Shown here: in pieces, positions 41,734 to 51,542 of the stretch
How positions within the stretch are numbered: the first letter of the stretch is position 1
Layout: each line of letters begins with the position of its first letter
Program-made: the position numbers and the translations under genes
NCBI GenBank assembly: GCA_965248475.1
Contig: OZ252106.1
Location: 1,583,640-1,647,639, forward strand
DNA length: 64,000 bases
Source: Dehalococcoidia bacterium
GTDB taxonomy: Bacteria > Chloroflexota > Dehalococcoidia > Lucifugimonadales > G965248475
Direction: 5' to 3'
Notes under the pieces: model-generated
Told to the model about the DNA's origin: nothing
The model's input: the letters and a program-made list of their open reading frames with translations, nothing else
Databases searched by the model: none

Positions 41734-42582
41734 GTGATGAGCCTGGCCAAGGAACGACTCAAAGAGCGAATCCGCAAGGAATGGAATGCTCCCGCGTTAG
41801 TAGCCGCCTATCGCAAGTGGGACAAGGAAGAGTCATCTTGGGGTAGAGAGGCGACAGAGGTCATTGTCCAGCGCACCAATTTACAGCCGGGCATGAAGGT
41901 GCTAGACCTGGCGAGCGGTCATGGAGAACCTTCCTTGGCGCTTGCCCAGGCAGTGGGTCCGGAGGGCCACGTGACGGCCACCGATCCAGCGGCCGGACTG
42001 CTGACCATCGCCAAAGCGAAGGCGAATCGCATGAGATTGCGAAACATGACCTTCCAGCGCGCTGACGGTCACGAGCTACCCTTCCCCGACTGCACCTTCG
42101 ACCGCGTCACCTGCAAGTGGGGTGTCATGTATTTCGCAGACTACCCGCAGGCGTTGCAAGAAAGCCTTCGGGTCCTCAAGCCCGGCGGGCGTGCCACCTT
42201 CCTGGCATGGGGAAGAACTCAAAAACAGGTGCAACCACCACCTTCCGAGCCGGTGATATCCTCACCTTTCACATTTTCCGAGCCTGGCTCCCTGACTGCC
42301 GTTCTCAGCGAAGCAGGTTTCACAGGCGTTGAAGAGGAGCAGATGAACATCTCGCTCGTCTTCCCCGGCACGCCGAAAAGGTGCTGGGAATGGTTTGTTG
42401 ACATGTCGGCACCGTTTGACCACGTTGATGCCGTCAATAAAGGGAGTGTCCATATAGAAGATGTAGAGCAGGAACAGCGCAAGCGTGCCCTCGGTCAGGT
42501 GCTCGTTGGTTTCGAGAAAAGCTACGATGGGAAACAGGTGACGCTGCCGGGGGTGATCGTGGTGGCGTCCGGCAACCGATAG
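41734..42582 (+). CDS. Class I SAM-dependent methyltransferase
   Basis: Motif I VLDLASGHGEPS and post-I/II DRVTCKWGVMYF, LKPGGRATF. Confidence 0.85.
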   Translation: MMSLAKERLKERIRKEWNAPALVAAYRKWDKEESSWGREATEVIVQRTNLQPGMKVLDLASGHGEPSLALAQAVGPEGHVTATDPAAGLLTIAKAKANRMRLRNMTFQRADGHELPFPDCTFDRVTCKWGVMYFADYPQALQESLRVLKPGGRATFLAWGRTQKQVQPPPSEPVISSPFTFSEPGSLTAVLSEAGFTGVEEEQMNISLVFPGTPKRCWEWFVDMSAPFDHVDAVNKGSVHIEDVEQEQRKRALGQVLVGFEKSYDGKQVTLPGVIVVASGNR

Positions 42583-42630
42583 TTTGAGCCGGAATCTTGC
42601 GGAGTTCCTGAGAGAGGTCTTATCCAACCA

Positions 42631-43185
42631 ATGATCGTTGTCATGGGCCTGGGTAATCCGGGCCGTCCCTACGCGCGGAGCCGCCACAACGTGGGGTTCC
42701 AGTGCATTGACCAGCTGTCCCGACACTACGGCATACCGCTGCAGGAGCGACGGCGCCACGCTGTATTGGGCCAGGGCGCAATCTCTGGCGTAGAGGTTGT
42801 CCTGGTGCGACCGCGCACATACATGAACCGCAGTGGCGTAGCCGCAGGATACCTGCGAGACAGATACCACATCACGCCGGAGTCGCTTCTGGTGGTGTAT
42901 GACGACACGGACCTTCCAGTCGGGAAGGTCCGTATACGGGCCCAGGGCAGTTCCGCCGGCCACCGGGGCATCGAGTCGATCATCGCCGAGTTGGGGACGC
43001 GAGACTTTCCGCGAATACGTATCGGCGTCGGCCACCCGGAAGACACCGATATCATCCCGCACGTGCTAGGCCCATTCAACGCCCAGGACGCGGCTGCGGT
43101 GGCAGAGGCGATAGGCCGGGTCACAGAAGCAGTGGGACACATTGCAGAGCATGGTCTGGACGCTGCTATGAACAGGTACAACTGA
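42631..43185 (+). CDS. pth: Peptidyl-tRNA hydrolase
   Basis: VMGLGNPGRPYARSRHNVGF and GHRGIESI motifs. Confidence 0.95.
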   Translation: MIVVMGLGNPGRPYARSRHNVGFQCIDQLSRHYGIPLQERRRHAVLGQGAISGVEVVLVRPRTYMNRSGVAAGYLRDRYHITPESLLVVYDDTDLPVGKVRIRAQGSSAGHRGIESIIAELGTRDFPRIRIGVGHPEDTDIIPHVLGPFNAQDAAAVAEAIGRVTEAVGHIAEHGLDAAMNRYN

Positions 43186-43186
43186 T

Positions 43187-43276
43187 GGCAGGGCATGCCC
43201 TGCACCCATATTTTCTGTTGTGGCTTAGGATGCAAGCGTTTACCAACAGTAGTGAACGTGGGTATCGGGAACCCAC
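43187..43276. repeat. Intergenic palindromic repeat element, copy B
   Basis: GGCAGGGCATGCCCTGCACCCATATTTTCTGTTGTGGCTTAGGATGCAAGC..GAACGTGGGT. About 85% identical to 1966..2047. The palindrome is shared with 57163..57179. Confidence 0.8.
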
Positions 43277-43284
43277 GCAACGCC

Positions 43285-45171
43285 ATGATTAACCCGCCAC
43301 TGTTTCTTCTAACGCTGGCGCTGATCCTTACCGGGGCGTGCACCGTGCCGGTGGAACCCACGTCCACTCTTTCATCCACACCTATGGCACCCACGCCTAC
43401 GGCTACGGTTATCGCAACGCCAACGGCCACAGCCACGCCCACACCCGTGCGAGAGTCCACGCCCCCGGACCGGGATCTGTACGCTCTAACTCAGCGACTG
43501 GTGCTCAAGTCAATGGAGCCCATACCCCGTGTGGTGAACCCCCAGCCCACCAGATACCAACAGGGCAGGAATGATAAATTCAGCGTCCTGGATATAGGGA
43601 CCAACCAGGTCTACCCGGTCAGTGCGACACTCCACCTGGTCACCGATCATGCCTACTGGTACGTGGACGACAATGTCGCCTTCTCTCTGCAAGAACTGGA
43701 AGATTCAGCCAGAGTGTATGAGGAGCGAATACGCCCGCGGATCATCCAGGTCTTCGGCGAAGAGCTGGTCCCGGGCGTTGACAACGATGCCCACCTGACC
43801 ATCCTACACACACCACTGCGCGGTCTCGCCGGCTACTTCTCATCCGCCGACGAGTACCCGACCCAGGTGCACCCATTCAGCAACCAGCGAGAGATCATCT
43901 ACATAGATACCTCCTCCCTGGAGCTGTACACCCGCAACTATCTGGGCACCCTGGCCCACGAATTCACACACGCCGTCCATTTCAGAGCAGACCGCACAGA
44001 GGACACCTGGGTCAACGAAGGTCTGGCTGAAATGGGCAAGGAGGTAGCTGGATACAGGTCGTCTTTCCGCGATTCTTACCTATCCACTCCCCACGCCTCC
44101 CTGATCCTCTGGCCGAACCACCCAACATCCAGCATACCCAACTACGGAGGCGCCAGCCTGTTCATGGAATACCTAGCCCAGCAGTACGGCCTGGACAGCC
44201 TGCGCCTGCTCATGGAGCAGGATGCCGACAGCATCCAGGGTGTGCAGGACTACCTGAACACCGCGGGGGCAGAGCGAGACTTTGGTCAGGTGTTCGCCGA
44301 TTGGATGGTGGCCAACTACCTGGACGACCCTGACGACGCAACCTACGGCTACGCCAATGACAACGTCCAGGTGCACGAGGCCTATCTGATACGGGAACCT
44401 ATCAGCCTGGAAGAGCAGGTGGAGCAGTACGGTGTCAGGTACTACAATGTGAACCTGGATGCGGCCCAGGCCACCGTGCGCTTCAAGGGCCAGACTCAAA
44501 CTGCCCTGCTGCCCGAAAACCCGCCCGGTGGCGGACCGTGTTGGTGGGGCAACCGCGGCGACTCTATCGACTCCACACTGACCAGTCAGATTGACCTGTC
44601 ACGGCAGGAGTCCGCCACACTCACATACTCCCTCTGGTACGACCTGGAGGACGGTTGGGACTTCGCCTACGTGGAGGTGTCCACCGATGGCGGCACCACC
44701 TGGGACATCCTGGAGACCGACAACTCAGCGCCCAGGGACCCCCTGGGAAACGCCTTCGGCCCCGGATACACGGGGAGAATCGAATGGACAGAAGAGGCGG
44801 TGGACCTGTCCCAATACGCGGGGCTGCATGTCCTGCTACGGTTTGAGTACGTCACCGACGACACGGTCAATGGCGCCGGCATCTGCCTGAGCAACATCGC
44901 CGTCAACAGTACCGAACTGCCTGACGCAGGCTGGGATGCGCTGGGCTTCATCCAAACCGACAACAGCGTTTCCCAGGGCTACGTGGTACGTGTAATAGAG
45001 ATAGGCACTGAGACGGTTGTCAGAGACATCCCCCTGGACGACGATCAATACGCTACATTCACTATTGAGGAGCTGGGCATCAGCGTTGATCGGGCGGTGA
45101 TAGTCGTCTCAGCCATCGCCGAACATACGGCCGCCCCTGCGCTGTTCAATCTAGAGGTGACCGTACCCTAG
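43285..45171 (+). CDS. Secreted zinc metallopeptidase (gluzincin, HEXXH...NEGLAE)
   Basis: ATG 43285 gives a signal peptide MINPPLFLLTLALILTGAC and a PT-rich linker. LAHEFTHAVHF + WVNEGLAE match the M1-like gluzincin spacing. Track start 43195 lies inside the repeat. Confidence 0.75.
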   Translation: MINPPLFLLTLALILTGACTVPVEPTSTLSSTPMAPTPTATVIATPTATATPTPVRESTPPDRDLYALTQRLVLKSMEPIPRVVNPQPTRYQQGRNDKFSVLDIGTNQVYPVSATLHLVTDHAYWYVDDNVAFSLQELEDSARVYEERIRPRIIQVFGEELVPGVDNDAHLTILHTPLRGLAGYFSSADEYPTQVHPFSNQREIIYIDTSSLELYTRNYLGTLAHEFTHAVHFRADRTEDTWVNEGLAEMGKEVAGYRSSFRDSYLSTPHASLILWPNHPTSSIPNYGGASLFMEYLAQQYGLDSLRLLMEQDADSIQGVQDYLNTAGAERDFGQVFADWMVANYLDDPDDATYGYANDNVQVHEAYLIREPISLEEQVEQYGVRYYNVNLDAAQATVRFKGQTQTALLPENPPGGGPCWWGNRGDSIDSTLTSQIDLSRQESATLTYSLWYDLEDGWDFAYVEVSTDGGTTWDILETDNSAPRDPLGNAFGPGYTGRIEWTEEAVDLSQYAGLHVLLRFEYVTDDTVNGAGICLSNIAVNSTELPDAGWDALGFIQTDNSVSQGYVVRVIEIGTETVVRDIPLDDDQYATFTIEELGISVDRAVIVVSAIAEHTAAPALFNLEVTVP

Positions 45172-45281
45172 GTTGCGGGCGCTGCTATTTACAGCTATCC
45201 ACCGTCCCGCTATAGTTCCTCTGGCACACAACTTAGATAGGCCCGAGTTTCCCCCGGCTGGGGTTCCACCGGAGAGTCCCA

Positions 45282-46388
45282 ATGGCACAGTTTGAAATCG
45301 TTGTCCTCCCTGGCGATGGCATAGGCCCCGAGGTTGTTGACGAGGGGCTCCGTGTCCTGGAAGCGGTCAGCCAGCGGTACGGCCACACATTCAACCTCAC
45401 CCAGGACCTGGTGGGCGGCGCCGCCATAGATGCCTACGGCATCGCTCTTCGACCCGAAGCCGCCGAACTGTGCCGCAACGCCCATGCCGTTTTATGGGGT
45501 GCCGTGGGCGGCCCCAAGTGGGACGACCCTCAAGCGCCTGTACGACCGGAGGACGGGCTGCTGGCCATACGCAAGAGCCTGGGCCTGTACGCCAACCTCA
45601 GGCCGGTCAAGGTGTACCCCTTCCTCATGGACGCCGGCCCCATAAAGCCTGAAGTCCTTGAGGGAGTGGACCTGCTGGTGCTGCGGGAGCTCACCGGCGG
45701 CCTCTACTTCGGCCTGCCCAAGAAGCGGTGGACCACCCAGCGCGGGCGACGAGGTGTGGACACAATGCGCTATACCGAGCGGGAGATCGAACGCATCCTG
45801 CGCGTGGGGTTCGAACTGGCCCGGAGCCGACGGAAGCGGCTGACCTCTGTTGACAAGGCCAACGTCCTGGAGACCTCCCGGCTGTGGCGACAGATCGCCC
45901 TGGAGCTGACTGAGGAGTACCGCGACGTCACCGTCGATCACCTCCTTGTGGACAACTGCGCCATGCAGCTCATCCTGAACCCCAGCCGCTTCGACGTTAT
46001 CGTCACCGAGAATACATTCGGCGACATCCTGACCGACGAGGCGTCCGTCCTGGCCGGCTCCATGGGCATGCTGCCCTCCGCCAGCCTGGCCGGCGTACCC
46101 TCCCACGACGGTCGCCGCCGGGCCCGAGGCATGTATGAGCCAATTCACGGGACCGCGCCCGACATCGCCGGCCAGAGCAAAGCCAACCCAATAGCCATGG
46201 TACTGAGCGTGGCCCTCATGCTGCGCTACTCCCTGGGACTGCCAGGAGAGGCGGACGCAGTGGACAAGGCTGTGGACACGGTTCTCCAGCGCGGCCTGCG
46301 CACCCCTGACCTGACCACACCGGGTGAGAGTGCCGTCACCACCAACCAGATGGGCCGAGCGCTAGCCGACGCCGTAGCCGCGGCCTAG
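45282..46388 (+). CDS. leuB: 3-isopropylmalate dehydrogenase
   Basis: VLPGDGIGPEV and NTFGDILTDEAS signature motifs. 368 aa. Confidence 0.93.
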   Translation: MAQFEIVVLPGDGIGPEVVDEGLRVLEAVSQRYGHTFNLTQDLVGGAAIDAYGIALRPEAAELCRNAHAVLWGAVGGPKWDDPQAPVRPEDGLLAIRKSLGLYANLRPVKVYPFLMDAGPIKPEVLEGVDLLVLRELTGGLYFGLPKKRWTTQRGRRGVDTMRYTEREIERILRVGFELARSRRKRLTSVDKANVLETSRLWRQIALELTEEYRDVTVDHLLVDNCAMQLILNPSRFDVIVTENTFGDILTDEASVLAGSMGMLPSASLAGVPSHDGRRRARGMYEPIHGTAPDIAGQSKANPIAMVLSVALMLRYSLGLPGEADAVDKAVDTVLQRGLRTPDLTTPGESAVTTNQMGRALADAVAAA

Positions 46389-46505
46389 CGCAAAGAAAAG
46401 CGCCTCGATTCCCATCGGAGCGCTTTAGTGCGAGGGCTGGGCGAGGTCTGACTGGGCACCGCCCAGACCCTTTCTTTCCCTTAGTGGTGTGGTGGGCCGC
46501 CCTGC

Positions 46506-47545
46506 CTATGTGGTCAAACCCCGACCCGGCAGTCCGGCATCCTTGAGCAAGGCTCCACGCTCCCGGCCTATCTTCCTGAGCTCCTTTGCGGCATCCCTCG
46601 ACATCTCACGCAGCTCCGAAGCAGGCCGTCCGCTCTCCAGCCACTCCCTCAACTCGTCCGCATCAAACCTGGGCAGGGACTCAGGAGAGATAGCGATGGT
46701 CGGAGGTGCGACCTGGCTCGGCACGGCGGGCAGAGGCCGGGGCCGGTTCTGATTGGGTCGCTTGAAATAGTCTCGCGGCCAGGCCAGCACCAGGTCAACA
46801 TGACCGTCCTTTTCCACCACGAGCACCGGGGTGTCCTCTCTGAGCCCGGACAGGTCTATCCTGTGCCCGCCGACGATCACCCTGGTCTCATCGTCCGTTT
46901 GAAACTCGACCATCGTGTCATCCTTGCGCACTATGATGAGGCTCACATCGGTAGCCGTCTGCACCCTGCCAGCGGTCAGATCGATAGTAATGACCTGGCC
47001 ATCTCCACCCAGAAGTTCGAATTCCGCGTGCAGCAGGTTCCCGGGCAGGTTATTCCCGATGATACGCCGCAGGTAGTTGGGCAACGGGTCCCGCTGGCGT
47101 TGCAGGGAATCGTTCGGCTGGGGACGAGGCCGTTCAGCCAGCGTGGCCTCCACAACCAACTCATCCCCGTCGCGCAGTATGGTCAAGGTCACGACGGTTC
47201 CAGGAGGCAGTTCCCGGATCGTCTGCAACCCTGCCTTGCGGTCTCCATCGGCTCGCCGTCTATAGCCGCCAGAACGTCACCCTGCTGGAGGTCTGCCTCA
47301 TCAGCGGGGCTGTCATCCTGCACACCCGCGATGACTACGCCGGACGTGTACTCGATCTCCAGGCGCTCGGCGATATTCTCGTTCAGGTTCACGACTCTTA
47401 CGCCCAGCCAACCGTGTTCGGTCTGAGCCTCTTCTTGTTGGACGGCGGGGGCTGAAGGAGCGGCGCTCCCTCCGGCGGCGGCCACCCCGACCAGGGAGAC
47501 CAGGCCCAGGACTCCAATCAGTAGGACTGCAACAAATCGTTTCAT
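46506..47545 (-). pseudogene. Secreted PDZ-domain protein, frameshifted inside the PDZ
   Basis: Signal peptide MKRFVAVLLIGVLGLVSLVGVAAA. The PDZ GWLGVRVV..SGVVIAGV..DLQQGDVLAAIDGEPMETA breaks at 47229..47231 and resumes as LQTIRELPPGTVVTLTILRDG in track ORF 46506..47228. Confidence 0.7.
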
Positions 47546-47717
47546 AGTTTCACTCCTCGGTTAAGTCTTGCACCAGAGATAACGGGAGAGGAGTGAAAGG
47601 TGTCAGGTGTAGGTTGCGCTTGTGGAGGTTACGTCAGGTCGGGTGTAGGACGCATGGCGGGCCTTGATGTCGTGCTCCGAAGAAATATGGGTGTCCCAAC
47701 GAGTCGGGATCCGAGGC

Positions 47718-48137
47718 CTAAACCACGCGCAGCTCTTCCTCAATGACCACACCATCCGTGATGCTATACGCACGCACGTCCGGATTATCGTGGTCCTCCA
47801 GCGACACCAGGATGTAGTACGTACCGGGCCACATCGACTTGCCGTCGGGCCAGGTGGCCATGCGCACGTCAGTGTCAGACGGATAGGCCGGCGAGTGAGT
47901 GTGCGAGTGGTATATGACCAGCAGCTCCCAGCCGCTGCCGTCCCTCTCACGTTCGCCCGCCAGAAGCTCCAGGGGGTCCATGTTGTATCGGTAGGGACTG
48001 TGCGCTGTATTAGTCATGCGATACAGCTTGGTCGCGATGCCGTTGCTCCCAGCCAACATGCCACAGCATTCGTTGGGGTCGTCCTCCAGGGCATGGGCTA
48101 CCATCTGATCTACGTACGATCTATCCATCTCTAGCAT
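47718..48137 (-). CDS. JAMM/MPN+ (Mov34) metalloprotease, Mec-like
   Basis: NECCGML Glu motif and HSHTHSPAYPSDTD (HxHx7Sx2D). Confidence 0.88.
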   Translation of the reverse strand: MLEMDRSYVDQMVAHALEDDPNECCGMLAGSNGIATKLYRMTNTAHSPYRYNMDPLELLAGERERDGSGWELLVIYHSHTHSPAYPSDTDVRMATWPDGKSMWPGTYYILVSLEDHDNPDVRAYSITDGVVIEEELRVV

Positions 48138-48146
48138 TGCGTGCCT

Positions 48147-48842
48147 CTACAGATATCGAAGCCTCAAGAGGGCGTCCGGTGTTTTCGCCACCATATCAGC
48201 CTTGAAATCGACCTGTCCATTCACTTGAGCAGGGAGGCCCCATGTGGCGTGGCAACTCCAACATCCCGCAGCACGAGCTGCGCTCATGTCGGCAGAACTG
48301 TCTCCCACCACCACCGTTTCACCGGGGCGTGCTTCAAGGCGACTCATAGCCAGATTGATCCCTTCGGGATGTGGCTTATAGTTGGTAACATCCTCAAAAC
48401 CAACGATTACAGGGAACAGGTCCAGTAGGCCCAACTCGGCCATCTCAGCCGTTACTCCCGCGCGACGCCCATCAATCTCTGTATCTCGATCCTTCTGAGT
48501 CACCACTCCCAGCTTGATGCCACGCGAGGCAAGCTCTTGGAGCAACTGCTGGATGCCAGGATAGACCGTAAGCGAGCCGGGCTCCTTGGTCCAGTAGGCG
48601 TCTCTGTAGCGCTCCATCAACCCTTGCCCTACGCCTGTCTCTGTTTCCACCTGTGCTAACGCTGTCTCCATCTGGCCGCCGTTCAGATTGTGGAAGAAGT
48701 CAACCGGAGAGAGATGAGATATCCCGGCACCGGAGAAGGTCTGACCCAGGGCAGCAACACGAGCGCGTAGGGAGTCCACCAGCGTATCATCGAAGTCGAA
48801 AAGCACAGTGGTCAGAGGAGCGGGAAGATGCGACAGGTCCAT
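48147..48842 (-). CDS. HAD-IA phosphatase (phosphoglycolate phosphatase-like)
   Basis: FDFDDTLVDS motif I, VVTQK motif II, VVGDSSADMSAA motif IV. Confidence 0.85.
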   Translation of the reverse strand: MDLSHLPAPLTTVLFDFDDTLVDSLRARVAALGQTFSGAGISHLSPVDFFHNLNGGQMETALAQVETETGVGQGLMERYRDAYWTKEPGSLTVYPGIQQLLQELASRGIKLGVVTQKDRDTEIDGRRAGVTAEMAELGLLDLFPVIVGFEDVTNYKPHPEGINLAMSRLEARPGETVVVGDSSADMSAARAAGCWSCHATWGLPAQVNGQVDFKADMVAKTPDALLRLRYL

Positions 48843-48875
48843 CGGGTAATTATAAGGTCAGTCCGTATCTGGAGG

Positions 48876-49922
48876 CTAGCCCGTCACATGCACTGCGCCG
48901 GCTTCACCATCCGCAACCTCGCCAATCACCGCAGTTACCTGAACACCGTGGCCAGCCAGCTCTTTGAGCAGCTCCTCCAGCCTACCACTGGGGACGGACA
49001 TGAGCAGCCCTCCGGAGGTCTGGGCATCGCTCAATATGATTTTCATCTCATGCGTTACGGACTCATCCCAGGTCACCAGTGGGCCCAGAGAGGCCAGGTT
49101 GCTGAGTGTTCCGCCGGGAGCTATCCCCTGCTTCGCCAGGTCCATTACGCCACGCAGCAGGGGGACGTTGGGCCAGGAAATATGTGCCGCCACGCCGCCC
49201 GCCATCATCATCGCCTTCAGGTGGCCCATAAGCCCAAAACCTGTTACGTCTGTGCAAGCATTCACCCCCACGTGTGTCATGGCGGCGGACGCACCCTTAT
49301 TAAGCGTCTCCATAATCGCTATCGCTTCCGCCAGCGCATCCGCATCCACCACACCGTCCTTCCCAGCGGTGGTGATAATACCCGTGCCTATGGGTTTGGT
49401 CAGCACCAGGATATCCCCCGGCCGTGCGCCGGCATTGGTAACCTGATCTCCCGGCCGGATCAGCCCGGTCACCGCCAGGCCGTACTTGGGCTCAGCGTCA
49501 TCTATCGTGTGACCTCCAACGATGAGCAGGCCCGCTTCGGCGGCCTTGTCGTACCCACCCTTCAGAATGGTCACCAGGATCTCTTTTGGAAGGTCCACTG
49601 GGAACGCCGTAATGTTCATCCCCAGCAACGGCGTGCCGCCCATGGCGTAAACATCGCTCACGGCATTTGCCACGGCGATGGTACCAAAATGGTACGGGTC
49701 GTCCACTATGGGCGGGAAGAAATCCACCGTCTGGATCAGGGCAAGGTCCGGGCTTAGGCGATACACCGCAGCATCATCACCTGTCTCCGTCCCCACCAGC
49801 AGGTCAGGGTCGGATACCCGTGGTAGTTGGCGCAAGACCTGCGCCAAGTCCTCAGGACTGAACTTTGAGGCTCAGCCGGCGCAGCTGGCGAGCGCGGTAA
49901 GCCTGACGGCGTCCTGCTGCAT
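48876..49922 (-). CDS. selD: Selenide, water dikinase (selenophosphate synthetase), Sec-containing
   Basis: ATG 49922 after GGAAGGGAG. MQQDAVRLTALASCAG-U(TGA 49874..49872)-ASKFSPEDLAQVL aligns with the E. coli GAGCGCKISPKVL loop. LVGTETGDDAAVY and DFFPPIVDDPY motifs. SECIS hairpin downstream. Confidence 0.9.
49827..49847 (-). promoter_or_regulatory. Bacterial SECIS hairpin for selD UGA
   Basis: UUGGCGCA-GGUCU-UGCGCCAA, a perfect 8-bp stem starting 24 nt after the UGA. The apical GCAGGUCU resembles the E. coli fdhF SECIS apex. Confidence 0.8.
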
Positions 49923-50082
49923 AGCTCCCTTCCGTACGTTAGATTCGGGCAGCCTTGCGGCGCCCAATGAGGATAAGTAAGTGTAGCACTGATAGACATC
50001 GCCACGTACCGACGTTCCTACGTGAGGCGGTGTCGTGCCCTAGCCTAACAGACCATCCGAACCCGCGCCTGAGTGAGAAACC

Positions 50083-51011
50083 TCACTGAGTGAGGTTGGG
50101 GTATCTCTCACCCGTATCAGGCAACACCGTGACAACCACCTTGCCCTCACCCAGGCGCTGCGCAACCTGGAGTGCCGCCACTACGTTGGCTCCCGAAGAG
50201 ATACCAACCAGCAGGCCTATCTCGCGGCTCAACCGTAGGGTGGTGTCTATGGCTTCCTGAGTGGTGACGGTAACCACCTCGTCAACGATGTCTCGATCCA
50301 GAATGGACGGCACGAAGTCGGCACCGATACCGACTATGCCGTGGTCTCCCGCGCTGCCTCCATTGAGCAGCGGTGACGTGTCAGGCTCCACAGCTACCAC
50401 CAGCACCGAGTCGTTGGCGGCCTTCGGCGCCCGTCCCACGCCCGTCAGCGTCCCGCCTGTGCCGACACCGGCCACAAAGGCGTCAACCCGGCCTTGAGTC
50501 GCATCCAGTATCTCCCTGCCGTGCCCTCCTGGTGGGCTTTAGCATTGGCGGGATTGTTGAACTGATCCAACATCAGCAGACCATTATTGGAATCCAGCAT
50601 CCGTCTTGCCGCCAGGTTTGATCCATCCACACCCATGTCTGCAGGTGTCAGGTGGACCGTGGCCCCGAACCGGGCGACCAACCGCCGCCGCTCCAGGGGT
50701 ACGCCCTCCGGCATCACAATGGAGACCTGGTAGCCCTTGGCGGCACCCACTACAGCCAGGGCAACGCCCATGTTGCCTCCCGTCGATTCGATTAGGCCCA
50801 TGCCGGGCTTGAGCACGCCCCGTGCCTCAGCGTCCTCCACCATTGCCAGGGCCGCGCGGTCCTTCACGCTTCCACCGGGGTTCAGGTTCTCCAACTTGGC
50901 CAGGAGCTGCGCCGACCCAGGCGGTTCCAGGGCACGCAGCCGCACCAGGGGTGTGTTCCCTATGAGAGCAAGAATGCTATCGCTTAGAGCGTTGTCCAAG
51001 GTGCTCGCCAA
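50083..51011 (-). pseudogene. PLP-dependent cysteine synthase family protein (CysK/CysM-like), frameshifted
   Basis: GNTPLVRL, PGGSVKDRAA (PLP Lys). ..NPANAKAHQEGTA breaks at 50514..50516. The shifted frame gives (G)EILDATQGRVDAFVAGVGTGGTLTGVGR, joining track ORF 50083..50475. SD GGGAGG + TTG 51011. Confidence 0.8.
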
Positions 51012-51214
51012 TGTCGCCTCCCGTGAAGGGCCATTCTGTCATGCGGCCATAGGCTGCGGTCAAGAGGCAGGAGGGAAGACGAGGTTCGATTGTCTCCCCT
51101 TGAAACCGACTGTTCTATTTAGAGAATGCGGTGTCCCGGATTTGCGATTGGCGCGATCCGTTGATTGTATGCGAGAGAGCACAACTACCTCGCACCATAG
51201 CTATACAGTAGCCA

Positions 51215-51243
51215 TTGACACAACATGGCTAGAATCATACTAT
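51215..51243 (+). promoter_or_regulatory. Sigma-70-type promoter of the TA operon
   Basis: TTGACA (51215..51220), 17-nt spacer, TACTAT (51238..51243). Overlapping TACTATGG/TACTATAG repeats could be the RHH operator. Confidence 0.5.
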
Positions 51244-51269
51244 GGTAGTACTATAGTATGGAGTATGGT

Positions 51270-51542
51270 ATGACTAAGACGGCCAAGATAGCGATAAGCC
51301 TTCCTAATGACCTCCTTCAGGACATCGAGAGGGAGTGTAAGGCTAGCGGGGAAACCCGGAGCGAGTTGTTCCGTCGGGCGGTGCGAGCTCACCTGCGCCG
51401 TGAGCGCCAGCGAGAGCTGGAGGAGCAGTACATACGCGGGTATACAGAGATGCCTGAGACAGAAGAGGAGGTGGGGTGGATCCACGCCGCCGGACTAGCC
51501 GCCCTTGCACAAGTACCCTGGGATGAAGGACGGGATGAATGA
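51270..51542 (+). CDS. RHH (CopG-like) antitoxin
   Basis: KIAISLPNDLLQDIERECKASGETRSELFRRAV ribbon-helix-helix. 4-nt ATGA overlap with the toxin gene. Confidence 0.85.
   Translation: MTKTAKIAISLPNDLLQDIERECKASGETRSELFRRAVRAHLRRERQRELEEQYIRGYTEMPETEEEVGWIHAAGLAALAQVPWDEGRDE

Noticed and set aside
42262-43460. Minus-strand ORFs 42262..43062 (266 aa) and 42726..43460 (244 aa).
   Set aside because: They overlap the methyltransferase, pth and repeat copy B. They have low-complexity composition and no motifs.
48828-49757. 309-aa plus-strand ORF antisense to selD. Others of this kind: 23773..24546 (ligA), 40578..41444 (CoA-transferase), 45492..46148 (leuB), 53529..54302 (yyaL), 57927..58628, 59110..59781 and 59828..60493.
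   Set aside because: Same reasoning: they are shadow ORFs opposite strongly supported genes, with no SD and no recognisable domains.
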